Numbered from the stretch's first letter, positions 27,734 through 42,846 are shown. The stretch is DNA of 64,000 nucleotides from the human T2T-CHM13v2.0 reference genome, Homo sapiens (GCF_009914755.1 NC_060932.1); one strand, 5' to 3'. Notes: generated by a model not told the origin, from the sequence alone. Made by a program: numbers and translations.

Positions 27734-27758
27734 TGTGTGTGCGTGTGTGTGTGTGTGT
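27734..27758. repeat. (TG)n microsatellite
   Basis: Seen directly. Confidence 0.9.
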
Positions 27759-28710
27759 CTAAGTGTGCCTGTAAAAAAAAATCAAATATCTTGTCGTTGG
27801 ATAAGAAGCAAAGAATATGAGATGAAAGTTCCCCAGTACTAATTAGTTTATTTATTTAGGTTTTTTATAGATGCCATATATTGAATTGTTAGAAGAATGT
27901 TATAAACTGAAGTTGGCTGTTGCCATCCGCAGCATTATTTTCTCCATCACAGAATGGTCCTGATTGTTTCTTTAATAACAGCACACATTTTCATCAGTGC
28001 ATAGGGTATCAAAAAAAAGGCAATTTTTTTTTTTTGGCAAAAGATAAAATCACTTAAATTAATCTTCCACAGAATAAGATAAAAATTTAATTCAGTGCCC
28101 TTTAGAGCATTGATTCTCTAATCATGGCCATGACCTTTCATTAAAGGTTTTCTGCATTCACCAATAGCTGATGTAATTCCATCAATGTCTAAAGGTGATT
28201 TAAGAAAGAAATTAAATTACATATGCAAAGTCAGTAAGCTGATAAATGTTAGCTTCCAAAGTAAGGGTTTGAACTTTTGTTCTTTATCTTTATATGAAAG
28301 ACCAAACATCTCAAAGTAAATTTCAATTGTAAAAATATTTATTGGGTACTCAATAATGTGGAAAACACTTACATGTGCTGAAAGATACAAATATGTATAA
28401 ACAAGATATTTTTTCAAATAACTCATATTTTATTGGAGAAATAAATGTTTATGAAACTACTTATAACCTGTTATAGTGTTTTAAGCACTATGGTACAAAT
28501 GTAAGTAAAATATTATGAATGTCCCAGTATGAAAGTAGAAGGGGATGAACATGGAGTGATTAAAAAATTGTTTAATAAAGGGTGATTTATGAAGATGTGG
28601 GAAGGATGTAGAGGAAGGGAAAAGGGATGTCAAACTATTACCACCTTTGGCTTAAGGAGACAGAGGAAGGAGATTGTTACTGGAACTCAGAAAGACAGAG
28701 ATAGAGGGCA

Positions 28711-28766
28711 ATTATTATTATTATTATTATTATTATTTTGAGACAGGGTATTACTCTGTCACCCAG
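28711..28766 (-). mobile_element. Severely truncated Alu 3' end with (ATT)n tail
   Basis: (ATT)n then TTTGAGACAGGGTATTACTCTGTCACCCAG, then an abrupt end. Confidence 0.75.
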
Positions 28767-29734
28767 CAAGTGGTAATATAGTTGATCGCAAAAATCAAAT
28801 ACAAGGAAAAAAGAGGTTACTATTAAAAGGTACGTTACCCTGGCTGAATTAAAACAGCAAAAAGGAGGTTATCATTCCGATTTCTTTATGCCACAGGAAA
28901 AAAAGTCACAAAAACTTTTGAAAGAATGAACTTAGTTACAAATGACAGCTTACCATCAAAAAGCATCAGATAGACAGAATAAAGATAATCAGGAGATTAG
29001 TTGAGCCTATACAGCCCATGAGGTCAACAGAAACTATTTTAACAAACTTATGATCCTCAAGTTCAAAAACAAAGAGAAAAAAACAGAAGGATGACTGGTG
29101 TTTTCTAGAACACTTTGTGCTGAAACTCACCTTCTCAATTCATAAACAATGAAGAGCACAACATCAATAGGCAGACCCTGATGATTCCTTGGGTGATATT
29201 GTGTAGTTGTGTGGGATACTGCCTGCTAAAGGCACACAAGGGAAAGCATCGTTGTCCTACCGAGCTCTGTCTTTCTTTTGAGCAGTTAGCTGGATTGTAA
29301 GTAGGGCACGCTCAATGTGCTGTTATGATTTGCCCTTTTTTTTTTTGCAGTTCACTTGAGTCACCAAAAATTGATTTTCTAAAGAAAAAAAGTGTCATTA
29401 TAAAATATAGTTATTACCTCTATTTTACTATATACCATTAGGTATTACTTAGTAAACATTTTGCAATGTATTCTTTGAGTCAGATGTGTTTTTTGTAGAT
29501 GAAATATCTCAAATGTGATATTAATTCCATTTTGTTGGAAGCCATACAATACAGTAATACATTTAAATATGGTTAATCTGTTTTATTTGCTACAGATAAT
29601 AAAAATATTTGAATATGTTTATAATAGTTATATTTTGAATCAACAGTATTTTAAATACACTGTCAAAATGTCTTGCTTTGTATAAGAGAATATTTCTACA
29701 TGTGTTCTAAATACTATCCTATCCTTTCAAAATA

Positions 29735-30128
29735 CAGTCATGAGCTGCAGAACATTTCATCAATGACAGACCACATATATGATGATGATCTCATAAGATT
29801 ATGATAAAGTATAATGCTGTGGTTTTGCTATGCCTTTTCTATGTTGAGATATATTTAGATACACAAGTACTTACCATTGTGTTACAATTGCCTACAGTAT
29901 GCAGTATAGTAACATGTTGCACAGGTTTGTAGCCTAGGAGCAGGAGGCTGTACCTAGTATAGTATATAGTATAGCCTAGGAGCAGTAGGCTATACCATCT
30001 AACCTAGGTGTGTAGTAAGCTATGCCATTTAGGTTTGTGTAGGTACACTATGAGGTTCGCACAATGATGAAATTGCCTAAGGGCACATTTTCCAGAATTT
30101 ATCACCATCAGTAAGTGATACATGACCG
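29735..30128 (+). mobile_element. Tigger3a/MER7A (Golem) MITE
   Basis: CAGTCATG...CATGACCG termini with TA TSDs; TACTTACCATTGTGTTACAATTGCCTACAGTA core; small internal duplication near 29930-29997. Confidence 0.88.
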
Positions 30129-30650
30129 TATATGTCCTTGTAATAACTAAAAAGGTGGGCTATCTTGTTTGATTTTTATGATTTCTTTAATCAAGAGATG
30201 AAATTAATATAGCCACATCCTTTTGCACATAATCATTGAGATATTGGTTGGACCTAAAAACTTATCTTAACTATATTCTTCATGGCTTTGTGCTGGACAC
30301 GTCCTCTTCAGTGGAGAGTATCAAAAAATATGAATTCTATCATTTGTGGTGTCCATCTCCTTAAAACATTCAAAGGCTGATTTGATTTTAGCCTTATTTC
30401 ATTGCTTTGGATTTTTAATAGCATGTTTCATGGTCATGTTCTGTGTCATTTATAGTGTCTTAAACTTATTTAGGCATTTATCATTTGAGAGAATATACTG
30501 AATAACATATCTAAATAATAGATTTAGAAATAGTTTCAGAATAAGGGCAGTCTAAACTTTACTCAGGAAAAGGACAAAAGATACAGTTGAGAGGATCACT
30601 ATTGCCATTATATGTGAAGCATTGTTATTCTGGTGCAAGTCTTATTTTAG

Positions 30651-32088
<1,438 letters not shown>

Positions 32089-32725
32089 GTTAGTGCTGTC
32101 TTAGATATGACTTGAATAACCCAGATGCGATAGACTATGACAAATTCTAAAGTCACAGAGGAACCTCATTACATAATTTGAGTTTAACTGTCATCTCGTA
32201 TGGTCCTTAATGTTTCTTTCATAAGGACCCTCTGATATCAGTGTAGCAGATAAGCCTTTGAGAATTAGAGTATTAGGATGTAAGCTATTCAGGACCTGAG
32301 AAGAGGTACTTTGAAGATGAAACACTTCAATTACCCAAGAATGAGAAGCTGGGACTCATAAATAGAAAGAGAACAGGTACAGATCAAGTTTAAATGAATA
32401 AACACCCATGTAAAGAGGAGATGGGTAAAAATATTACAAAAGCAACTGCCCTTCTCAAAAGTTAGCTTTAATGATTTCTAACAACTACTTTGATGCAGCA
32501 TTTTTTATTCTATGTGATTATTAAATTTGCAATTTTAGTGGATAATAATGGATGAGTTTTACATTTAAAATTTTAAATGGCTTGATCCTGAAGAAGGAAA
32601 TAAAAAACTACATTATTTTGAAGACCTGTTTTTGAAGTACCACCTACTTTATAAAATTTTGTGCTTTAGTATTATTCATAATTCTAGTTTCTCTTCTCTC
32701 TCTCCTCCCCCCCCCACCCCCCACC

Positions 32726-33005
32726 TTTATTTATTTATTTATTTATTTTTTGGAGCAGAGTCTTGCTGCGTCTAATAGTCTGGAGTGCAGTGGCACAATC
32801 TTGGCTCACTGCAGCCTCTCAGGCTCAAGAAATCCTCCCACCTCACCCTCCTGAGTAGCTGAGACTACAGGCATGCACTGCCATGTTTGGCTAATTTTTT
32901 TTTTTTAAAAACTTTTGGTAGAGATAGGGTCTCACTATGTTGCCCCAAGCTAGTCTCAAATGCCTAGGCTCAAGCAATTCTCCTGCCTTGGCCTCCCAAA
33001 GTGCT
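32726..33005 (-). mobile_element. AluJ, 5'-truncated, (TTTA)n tail
   Basis: GGAGTGCAGTGGCAC...GGCTCAAGCAATTCTCCTGCCTTGGCCTCCCAAAGTGCT. Confidence 0.92.
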
Positions 33006-34362
33006 TTTCTCATTTTCCAAAATACTGGTTTTCTTACCTAGCTGATCCTTGCATTTTGAGGTTTTCTAAAACGTAAACTAATGTAATAGCTTTTTTAAAC
33101 TATTTATTTCAAAACAGCTAAGTATACTTAAAAGCATAGTGAATATTAAAATAAGTACAACATACTCATCACCTCTATCCAAAACTATTTTCAATATTTT
33201 ATATTTGTTGCATATTTTATATATCACCTATATATTTTATGTGTTTATATATTTATTTTTAGCTATAGCATTTTATAGTACAATACAATAATGGTGACAA
33301 TTCATCCCTAAATATATTAACAACTCTATGTCATTATATCAAAATTACACATAACTTCTGGAAGTTATCCGTTAACATTACTAGATTGTCTAATAACCTG
33401 ACAACTGATAAGTCAGATTTCCCCAAGTCACAAAAATGTATTTTTTTTTCTGGGGGAGGATGTCAGTATCCAACCAAATATTATTGATTTTATTTATTAT
33501 GTCTCTTAAATATCTTTTCATCTTCCTATTTTTTCCCATAAATATATTATTGGGAATAAACAGATCAATTGTATTTTAGAATGTTCCGCATTTTCTGAAT
33601 TGATCTTATTTGACTCCTGATAATGTTATTTAACTTATTGCTCTACTTTTTGTAGTTCAATATTATTAACCCTGTAAAATCTCGTAATAATTTTGCTTAT
33701 CTTTAATATTTCTACATTAAACTATCTGCCATAATGAAGATAAAATTTACTTTAAGAGACACAAACTTGCTATAATATTTTTCTTTATGATAAGGTCCAA
33801 ACTCCTTAGAACCATCTTCAAGACCCTTCACAATCTGGCTTTAATATTCTTTCCTCCATGGGCAGCCTTTTTTTCCTATCTGTAATTCCTCAGGGAATGC
33901 TTACCCAAGCCAGGAAAATGTTAGGTCTTACCAGGGGGTAGGATAGAAATTACAATTTTTAAGTAAAAAATATGGCCTTAAAGTAAGAAATTTGTAACAC
34001 AGTGGTTTTCAAGTTGGCCATTAAAATTTAAAACAAATTAAAAAATTACAAAGCCAACCTCCACTTCTAATCTTATATCTGTTTGGTCTTTCCCTGTATA
34101 AGATTTTGTCCTTTTTAATGGTAATTTACTCAATAATATTTTACCTTGTATCAGACCCTGTGATACAAACATGAATAAGATTGAGTGTTTTTGTAAACTC
34201 CTAAATGTGAATTATTTCCACCCTTATCACCTCAGTACACTTATGACACCTTATGTAAGCTCTGCCTTTGAGATTTTAAGCTGAATTAATCCTTACATCT
34301 ATAGAAACTCCCATTACTAATTTTTTATGGACTTCAGTAACCATATTCTCTATGCCGTCTTT

Positions 34363-34411
34363 TGTTATTGTCTATGCTACTTATGTTATTGTCTATGCTA
34401 TTTATGTTATT
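34363..34411. repeat. 21-bp tandem repeat, ~2.3 copies
   Basis: TGTTATTGTCTATGCTA(C/T)TTA; explains CYCLCYL in ORF 34327..34533. Confidence 0.9.
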
Positions 34412-34849
34412 TATTTAAGCATATTTCTCTTTGTCCAAGGTTGGCTTGTAAACCTCCTGGGATGATTGTAGAAATTGCTTCTCCAAGGGCCTATCCAAAA
34501 TCCTTAATTTCTGTATCACTCTCATTTCTATGACAGACTGACCTACCCCTTGATGAGTCTTGACACATCCCACTGTTGGTTTAGAGTATAATATGGACAA
34601 ATTACATTTAGATAATTCCTAAATTTCCTTCACATGCAATGATTTTTATTCGTATTCCTCAGACTATATACATACCCAATTGATTTCTGTTGTATAAATG
34701 CAGAATGTTATATTTGACCTTCTTTGAATTTTATGTTGCTTCTTTTAAGGTAGAATTCCAACTTGTTGATTTGAGTTTTGTTTTTAATGCATAAATGTTC
34801 ATATTAACAACTGTTTCCAGGATTTTTAAAATCAAAGAGTGAAAGATAA

Positions 34850-35971
34850 TTTTTTTTACTTAATTTTTAAACTTTTATTTTAGGTTCAGAGGTACATGTG
34901 GAGGTTTGTTATAATATGTAGGTAAACTCGTGTCATGGTGGTTTGTTGGATAGATCATTTTATCACCCAAGTATTAAGCCCAGTGCCCAGTAGTTATTGT
35001 TACTGCATCTCTCCCTCCTTCTACCCTCTACCCTCAAGTAGACTCCAGTGTCTGTTGTACCCTTCTTTGTGTTCTTAAGTTCTTATCATTTAGCTCCCAC
35101 TTATACATGAGAACATGCGGTATTTAAGAAGGATATTAGCCTCCAGCTCCATCCGTGTTCCTGCAAAAGACATAATTTCATTCTTTTTTATGGCTGTATT
35201 TTGTATTCCATGGTGTATGTGTGCCATATTTTCTTTATCTAATCTGTCATTGATGGGCATTTAGGTTGATCCCATGTCTTTGCTATTGTGAATGGTGCTG
35301 CAATGAACATTTACATGCCTCTATCTTTATGGTAAAATAATTTATATTCCTCTGGGTGTGTAGCCAGTAATGGTATTGTTGGGTTGAATCGTAGTTCTGC
35401 TTTTAGCAGTTTGAGAAATTGTTATATATTGCTTTCCCCAATGGTTGAACTAATTTACCTTCCCACCAACAGTGTATAAATGTTCCCTTTTCTTGGCAAC
35501 TTCGCCAGAGTCTGGTTTTCTTGTTTGTTTGTTTTTGTTTTTGTTTTTTAACTTTTTAGTAATAGCCATTTTGACTGTTGTGAGATGGTATCTCACTGTG
35601 GTTTTGATTTGCATTTCTCTAATGATCAGTGATATTGAGCTTTTAAAAATGTGCTTGTGGCCACATAAATACCTTCTTTTGCGAAGTATATGTTCATGTT
35701 CTTTGCTCACTTTTTAATGGGGCTGTTTGCTTTCCTCTTGTAAATTTGTTTAAATTCCTTATAAATGTTGGATAAGACCTTTATCTGATGCATAATTTGC
35801 AAAAATTTTTCCCATTCTGTAGGTTTTCTGTTTACTCTGTTGATAGTTTATTTTGCTGTGCAGAAGCTCTTTAGTTTAATTAGATTCCACTTGTCAATTT
35901 TTGCTTTTGTTGTGATTGCTTTTGGTATCCTTGTCATTAAATCTTTGCCAGTTCCTGGGTCCAGGAGGGTA
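34850..35971 (-). mobile_element. Old L1PA/L1PB 3' portion
   Basis: Antisense 3'UTR and ORF2 end (ORF 35450..35710 [14 protein letters not shown]). Confidence 0.93.
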
Positions 35972-36343
35972 AAATATTCAATTATAAAGCAATAATTGAT
36001 GAGAAATGCAGTTTTTAAAGCACCTAGTTGTTTAAATTAATTATACCCTCATTATATAAAATGGGTTTACATAATCTGAACCACTGTCAATTATCTCTGA
36101 TAGGCTAAGAAAATAAAAGAGATTCCAGTAATCAAAATATCAACATATATGGCGTGAATTATCAGATAGAGGTAAGAAATAAAGAATAGAGGAGAGGTTT
36201 GGATAAACTAGAGAAAAAGTAGCTAACAAATTATGTAAACTGGAGGCCTTTGGGAAAAGTATAAATATTATGCAGATCAGTTTTAAACATATAGAAAACA
36301 ATGTAATCGCTAAGAATCAATATAAGTTTTCAAAAAGCAGATG

Positions 36344-36515
36344 AACAAGGAGAAGATGTTCATCTGCAAATCCAGAAGTTGTGTGGTCACCAGAAACCAG
36401 ATCTGCTGTTACCCTGATATTAGACTTCTAACCTCCAGAAGTGTGAGAAATAGATTTCTGTCTTTTAAGCCACTTAGTCTATGGTGTTTCCATTATAGCA
36501 ACCTGAACTAAGACA
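36344..36515 (+). mobile_element. MLT1A-type LTR, 3' half
   Basis: CACCAGAAACCAGATCTGC...CCTCCAGAAGTGTGAGAAATAGATTTCTG...CTAAGACA. Confidence 0.85.
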
Positions 36516-37371
36516 GGTAGAGTGCCAGGAATCTATCCTCAGATGCTTTGACCACAAGGTTTTCTTGCATGCTCAGTACTCTGGGTGAGTTGCAGAAAGT
36601 AGAGATCTTTGTTTCCAGTTAGTAATGTAAGAAAGCACATAGTTGTTTTGGCTGTATAAGCTATTCTATGTCCTGAGTTGGCCAAGCATTTCCATTTCCC
36701 TTTTCTCTAAAATGCAAATTTGAACATCATAGTTTTCATACTGTGACTTTATTTATTTATTTTCATTTATAGGTTATTATATATTTTATCTTCTCCCTAA
36801 TAAATGGCCAGATTACATCCTAGATGTGTCTTTACTGACTTATCTAACTTTCATTGACCTCGATTTCTTTTAAGTAGTATAAGTACTTTGTATAATTTGT
36901 TTACAATGTTTGATGATAAATTATTTGAAGTTTCCCTCACTATTTATATGTGTTTATGTTAGAGCTAATTCTTTCACCCTATCCTCAAAAATGTCTAAAA
37001 ATATGCTACATTCGTAATGGATGTTCAGCAGTATGTTTTCACAGAAATAATTGTAATGTGAATTTTACTTTTACACAGTTATTCACAAGAAAGCTTGAAG
37101 ATGAATGCAATCTGAAATTCCAAGCAAAATATCAGCTTCCTTGTAAATTGTTTATTAATTCTCTGGGTTTCAAATTTTGTGGTACAATTTCAATAGCAGA
37201 GTAGAGTGATGGGTGTCCTTCAGTTTATAGAGTAAATGTAAAAAGTGTGAAAGGGTCTGTCAGTCTTAAGATTTTGATCTGTCTGTTGTTATTTATCCAT
37301 AAATATCTGTGTTACCTTTTTCATTGGAAAACACTAAAGGTAGTTAAATATAAATGTTCTATGCAAATGAA

Positions 37372-37567
37372 CATGACTGAGAGCAGAGACATAAAACAAG
37401 CTCTCTGGTTTCTTTTATATGGACACTAATTCCATTCTTGAAAGCTCCACCCTTGTGATCTAATCACCTCCCAAAGGCCCCAGAACCTAATACCATCACA
37501 TTGGCGGTTAGCATTTCAACATACGAACTTAAGTGGGATGGAGGGGGGGCACATTCAGCCCATAGCA
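37372..37567 (-). mobile_element. MLT1A-type LTR, 5' half
   Basis: Reverse complement begins TGCTATGGGCTGAATGTG and contains GGGGCCTTTGGGAGGTGATTAG. Confidence 0.85.
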
Positions 37568-38564
37568 ATACCTAACCAAACATAGGCAAGACGGAGCTAA
37601 GCAAGCAAGTAATAGGAATAGTAATGGTATAATAATAATAATGGAATTATACAGGATCACAGAATACATTACAGACAATTTGGGACACAGAGGTTCTAAT
37701 GTAGTCCATAAAGGCAGCAGAATGTCATGCATGTGCCGTGAGAGCCCTTTGGTTGAAAAAATAATTTAGTCAATATTCTAGACATTATTATTGAAATTAC
37801 GTACTCATTCAGCTGACATAATTCTCTCCACAAAGAAAACTTAGATTTCTGACCTTGGATAGTAGCACAAAGAGACTGAACTGTATCAGTAGGTAACTAA
37901 ATGTTTATGAGGCAAAGAGTAAAATTATTAGTACCATTCTTGATAAAGAGTTCAATGTAAAGTGAATAAAAGTAGATGAGATTGGATGTAACGCAAGGTA
38001 AATTATGACTTGCTATGTTCCTTATTAAATTCAAATAATATGGGGATAAAAAGTTACATGAATTAGTATCTAAATGAATGTATTGAAGTGAAAGGGGAAA
38101 AAAGAATCAAAAACTAATTTGAAGTTTATAACAAGGATATTCAAAGTATGTTCTTGGGGAATTAGAGAAGGAAGAAAGAAAATATTTTGAAAGGAAGACT
38201 TGACTTTCATTTAAGAGAAATTTAAAGTAATACTAAATTATAGTTTAATGAGATAAAAAATGTATTTTCTCCTTTAACATAGATTATATGACCATATGAC
38301 TTTTACTTGTAGAGTCTGCATTATATTACTTCACCAAAAGAAATTGATAAAAATAAAATATTCACAAAGATAATATAAATGGGATTAACCCCGTATTAGA
38401 CTTACATAAATTTTATGTATAATAATGCAAGACCACCTGTGCATGAGCTAAAAATAGTAAAAAGAGCTAAAAACAAAAAATAGCTTTAAAAATGTGTTAA
38501 ATGAAAAGAGTAAACAAATAAATTAGTTAAATATTTCTATTTATATAAGTAACTGTAATATTGT

Positions 38565-38884
38565 AATGGTATTGCCTATGTTGTCTTACAGGGTTTTTAT
38601 AGTGTTGGGTTTTAGATTTAAGTCTAATCCATCTTGAGTTGATTTTTCTATATGGTGTAAGGAAGGGGTCCAGCTTCAATCTTCTGCATATAGCTAGCCA
38701 GTTATCCCAGTTATTAAACAGGGAGTCTTTTCCCCGTTGCTTTTGTCAGCTTTGTCAAAGATAAGATGGTCATAGATGTGCGACCTTCTTTCTGGGCTTT
38801 CTGTTCTGTTTCATTGGTCTATGTGCCTGTTTTTGTACCAGTACCATGTTGTTTTGGTTACTGTAACCCTGTAGTTTAGTTTGA
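38565..38884 (-). mobile_element. L1 ORF2 fragment continuing the 34850-35971 copy
   Basis: AATGGTATTGCCTATGTTGTCTT...GCTAGCCAGTTATCCCAG; no 3' end or poly(A) of its own. Confidence 0.85.
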
Positions 38885-40204
38885 TACGTGCATGTTGAGG
38901 AGTACATCCTTAATGTGTACATTGAAAATATTTTAAATTCCTTAAAATTTTATCACCATCAAAAAAGCTTATCACATGTTTAATGGATATAACTAGATAT
39001 TACAGTACAGAAACAGAAAGCAGATATGGCTATAGATATAGAAAATCAGGGAATGATAATCCAAGCCACATGTAAATACTTCACAATTTTTCTTCCTCTC
39101 ATTAATGTATTTCCTAGTCACTTAAATAAAGTGATTCAGCCGCAGGTCAATTTATGTTACTGATTGCTTATTCTGAATTCTTTAAAAAATATATAGGCAT
39201 TAAAATTGACTTGGTGAAGAGCACTACATTGCCATGGAATATCTTAGTAATCAATTTATACATTAAAATTTACTCGCCATTTTCCTTCTATGTTTTCAAA
39301 CTCAGCATGAGAAGGTGTACCTTTTTTTTTTTCATATGATGACAGTGATAGATAATGGCTGTAAGCTGGAATCTACACAAAGGTTTCAATTCTCAAAGAG
39401 TTTCAGTAGAACAATTCTGATGATCTTCGTGTGTTTAGGAAAGATTTATACATATCATTATTTTTTCTAAATTAGCTAATCCAATTATGTACAAGTACAT
39501 ACAAGTCTAATGACAACAAATCACCTTCCTCAGTTTACTTCATTTTTCACTGGTTTATCAACATTTTATAAGAATAAACTATTTCCAGATCCTTGAAATA
39601 AGACTGTGAAAATAATGTTATCCAAGTATAATTGATTCACTAAAATATCTTGTCTTGAGTAATTTTCATTTAACTGAATATATGTATGAGTGAATATATA
39701 TTCTTATGATTAAGTCAGTAGAAATCAGAAAAACATACTGTGTAATACTCCAATAAGAACTTTAGATTTGGGGATCCAAAAATACAGAAAATATTTTCTT
39801 TGTACCATTATTTTAATACATTTGAGTACAAATATTATTTTATAAAAACCAGTATGAGCTCTATCCAGTACTGTGATATTATGGTAATAAAATACTAATA
39901 CCTGCATAATTCCTTATAAGTTTATTTAACTCCAAATTATTTATATTTCTTAAAACAAGTGATTATTACCTTTAGCCTCAGACACAAAAACTGAAAGTAA
40001 CAATTAAACTTTAGTGCATTTCTTACTATTCAGTGTACTTGGACAGCTGGAATAGAAAATCAGCTGAGTCTGGCCTCAGTCTTCTGTAAATTTGGGGTAA
40101 TAATAATAGTGGTGTCAGAAAGCAGCTTTAAAGCCTTGAAAAGCCACTTGTTCTACTTGGAATGAGGATAATGAAGATGACGATGGTGTGATGGTGGTGG
40201 TACC

Positions 40205-40430
40205 AAACACTAACATATTGTTTGCTACGTTGAGGCACTAGCCTAAGCCTTTTGTATAAATTAAGTCATTTAATGACATAACAAACCTATGAAGTGTGAT
40301 TATCTTCTCCATTTTATAAAGGAAAACTGACAAAAAATAACATGGAATAGCTTGCATATGGTCACACATGTGGTATGTTCTACAGGTTTCAAATGCAAAA
40401 GGCCTGCCTTCAGAATTTATGTTCTTTCCC
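40205..40430 (-). mobile_element. MIR
   Basis: CCATTTTATAAAGGAAAACTGA...GGTCACACA antisense core. Confidence 0.7.
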
Positions 40431-40449
40431 TTTCACACTTCTGTTTCTC

Positions 40450-40759
40450 TTTTTTTTTAAATTATACTTTAAGTTTTAGGGTACATGTGCACAACGTGCA
40501 GGTTTGTTACATATGTATACATGTGCCATGTTGGTGTGCTGCACCCATTATCTCTTCATTTAACATTAGGTATATCTCCTAATGCTATCCCTCCCCACTC
40601 CCCCGACCCCACAACAGGCCCCGGTGTGTGATGTTCCCCTTCCTGTGTCCATGTGTTCTCATTGTTCAATTCCCACCTATGAGTGAGAACATGCAGTGTT
40701 TGGTTTTTTATCCTTGCGATAGTTTGCAGAGAATGATGGTTTCCAGCTTCATCCATGTC
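40450..40759 (-). mobile_element. Short L1PA 3' end
   Basis: TTATACTTTAAGTTTTAGGGTACATGTGCACAACGTGCAGG...CCAGCTTCATCCATGTC. Confidence 0.95.
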
Positions 40760-40946
40760 ATAACTGAAGATTTTCTCTTTGCTGACTTCTCCTTCAGGGC
40801 TGAGCTAAAAAATCACTGATGCAGAGAGGCTTCCTGGCATCATCCAGTCTAAACTGGTCTTGCTGCATCCCCTTTCTCAATTCCATCAGTGTTGATTCCA
40901 TTAGCTTCTTTTTTTATATCCTTTGTAGCACCCTTTCACTATTTAA

Positions 40947-40947
<1 letters not shown>

Positions 40948-40989
<42 letters not shown>

Positions 40990-41006
40990 CATCCATCCAT
41001 CCATCT
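40948..41006. repeat. (TCTA)n(TCCA)n tetranucleotide STR inside an L2 3' end
   Basis: Seen directly. Confidence 0.95.
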
Positions 41007-41965
41007 AGTAATTTACTCATCCCCCTTCCGTCATGTTTCTTGAGCAAAAAATATTCTCAGTCTTGTTCAGTATTCTATGGCCAGCACATACAACAGTGAC
41101 TGGCACATTACAAATAGTTATTAGGTAGTTGTTCAACTATTTAAATAATACAACAAATAACTATTACATCTGTAGAATTAACTGGATTTTTGTCAGGATT
41201 GTTTAACCTGAAACATTTCAAAACCATGGGATTTAGAATTATCTAAAACTGGGTTTGAACTTCAGTTCTACCATCTTCCAGATATATGATCTCATAATGG
41301 CTATTGAAGTTCCTTAAGCTTGGTAAATTGTTTACATTGGAAAAATAAAAGTACCTATATTATATGGTTGATTTGAATTTAAATTTCATTTAAATTCAAT
41401 GGTACTTGTAAACTTACAGTATCTTTTACATGATCAGCACTCAAGTGTTAGGTTTGCATATTATGCAGACAGCGACATACCTGGAATAGAAACAGGGTGG
41501 AGCATGGAAGACATTTAATAATGAGGAAGGATCAGATTGGTAATAAGAAAAACAGCAAAAATTTGGTATCAAATTAGCCCAAAACCAGAATAAGAAGTTT
41601 ACTCCAGAACCACACTCTACTAATATTTCCTAGGTTTTAGAGACCTAATAGATCATACCTGTTAATTCCTTTCTTGGGTTTAGTCCAGTAAAAAGATACA
41701 CACGGGTGTCAGACAGATGGTGATTATAAGTAGAGAATGTGACTGAGATGGTGGTTACAATGATTTCCTTATAGTTTAACCCATTACAAAACTTATTGCC
41801 CCTCGCAATACTGAAGAAGTTTCTTTGAAGTGCAGGATCTACCCTAAAACATTGTCATGCGGTTGAAGAGAGATCCTGTACCTTCTGCAGCTCAGCATAT
41901 CTGAAATAAAAGAAAGAAGCAAGTCCTATTCCTTTGCTTTATTTCTTTTTTAGAAAGCATTTTTT

Positions 41966-42846
41966 AAAAATTTTACTATCTTTTTAATTTAATTTAATTT
42001 TATTATTATTATACTTGAAGGTTTAAGGTACATGTGCACAACGTGCAGGTGTGTTACATATGTATACATGTGCCATGTTGGTGTGCTGTACCCATTAACT
42101 CGTCATTTAGCATTAGGTGTATCTCCTAATGCTATCCTTCCCCCTTCCCCCCACCCCACAACAGACCCCGGTGTGTGATGTTCCCCTTCCTGTGTCCATG
42201 TGTTCTATTGTTCAATTCCCACCTATGAGTGAGAACATGCGCTGTTTGGTTTTTTGTCCTTGCGATAGTTTGCTGAGAATGATAGTTTCCAGCTTCATCC
42301 ATGTCCCTACAAAGGACATGAACTCATCCTTTCTTATGGCTGCATAGTATTACATGGTGTATATGTGCCACATTTTCTTAATCCAATCTATCATTGTTGG
42401 ACATTTGGGTTGGTTCCAAGTCTTTGCTATTGTGAATAGTGCCACAATAAACATACGTGTGCATGTGTCTTTATAGCAGCATGATTTATAATCCTTTGGG
42501 TATATACCCAGTAATGGGATGGCTGGGTCAAATGGTATTTTTAGTTCTAGATCCCTGAGGAATCGCCACACTGACTTCCACAATGGTTGAACTAGTTTAC
42601 AGTCCCACCAACAGTGTAAAAGTGTTCCTATTTCTCCACATCTTCTCCAGCACCTGTTGTTTCCTGACTTTTTAATGATCGCCATTCTAACTGGTGTGAG
42701 ATGGTATGCCATTGTGGTTTTGATTTGCATTTCTCTGATGGCCAGTGATGATGAGCATTTTTTCATGTGTTTTTTGGCTGCATAAATGTCTTCTTTTGAG
42801 AACTGTCTGTTCATATCCTTCACACACTTTTTGATGGGGTTGTTTG
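41966..42846 (-). mobile_element. L1PA (about PA4-5), 5'-truncated
   Basis: ORF 42350..42877 is ORF2 C-terminus; TSD TTAGAAAGCATT at 41950 and 42847. Confidence 0.97.
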
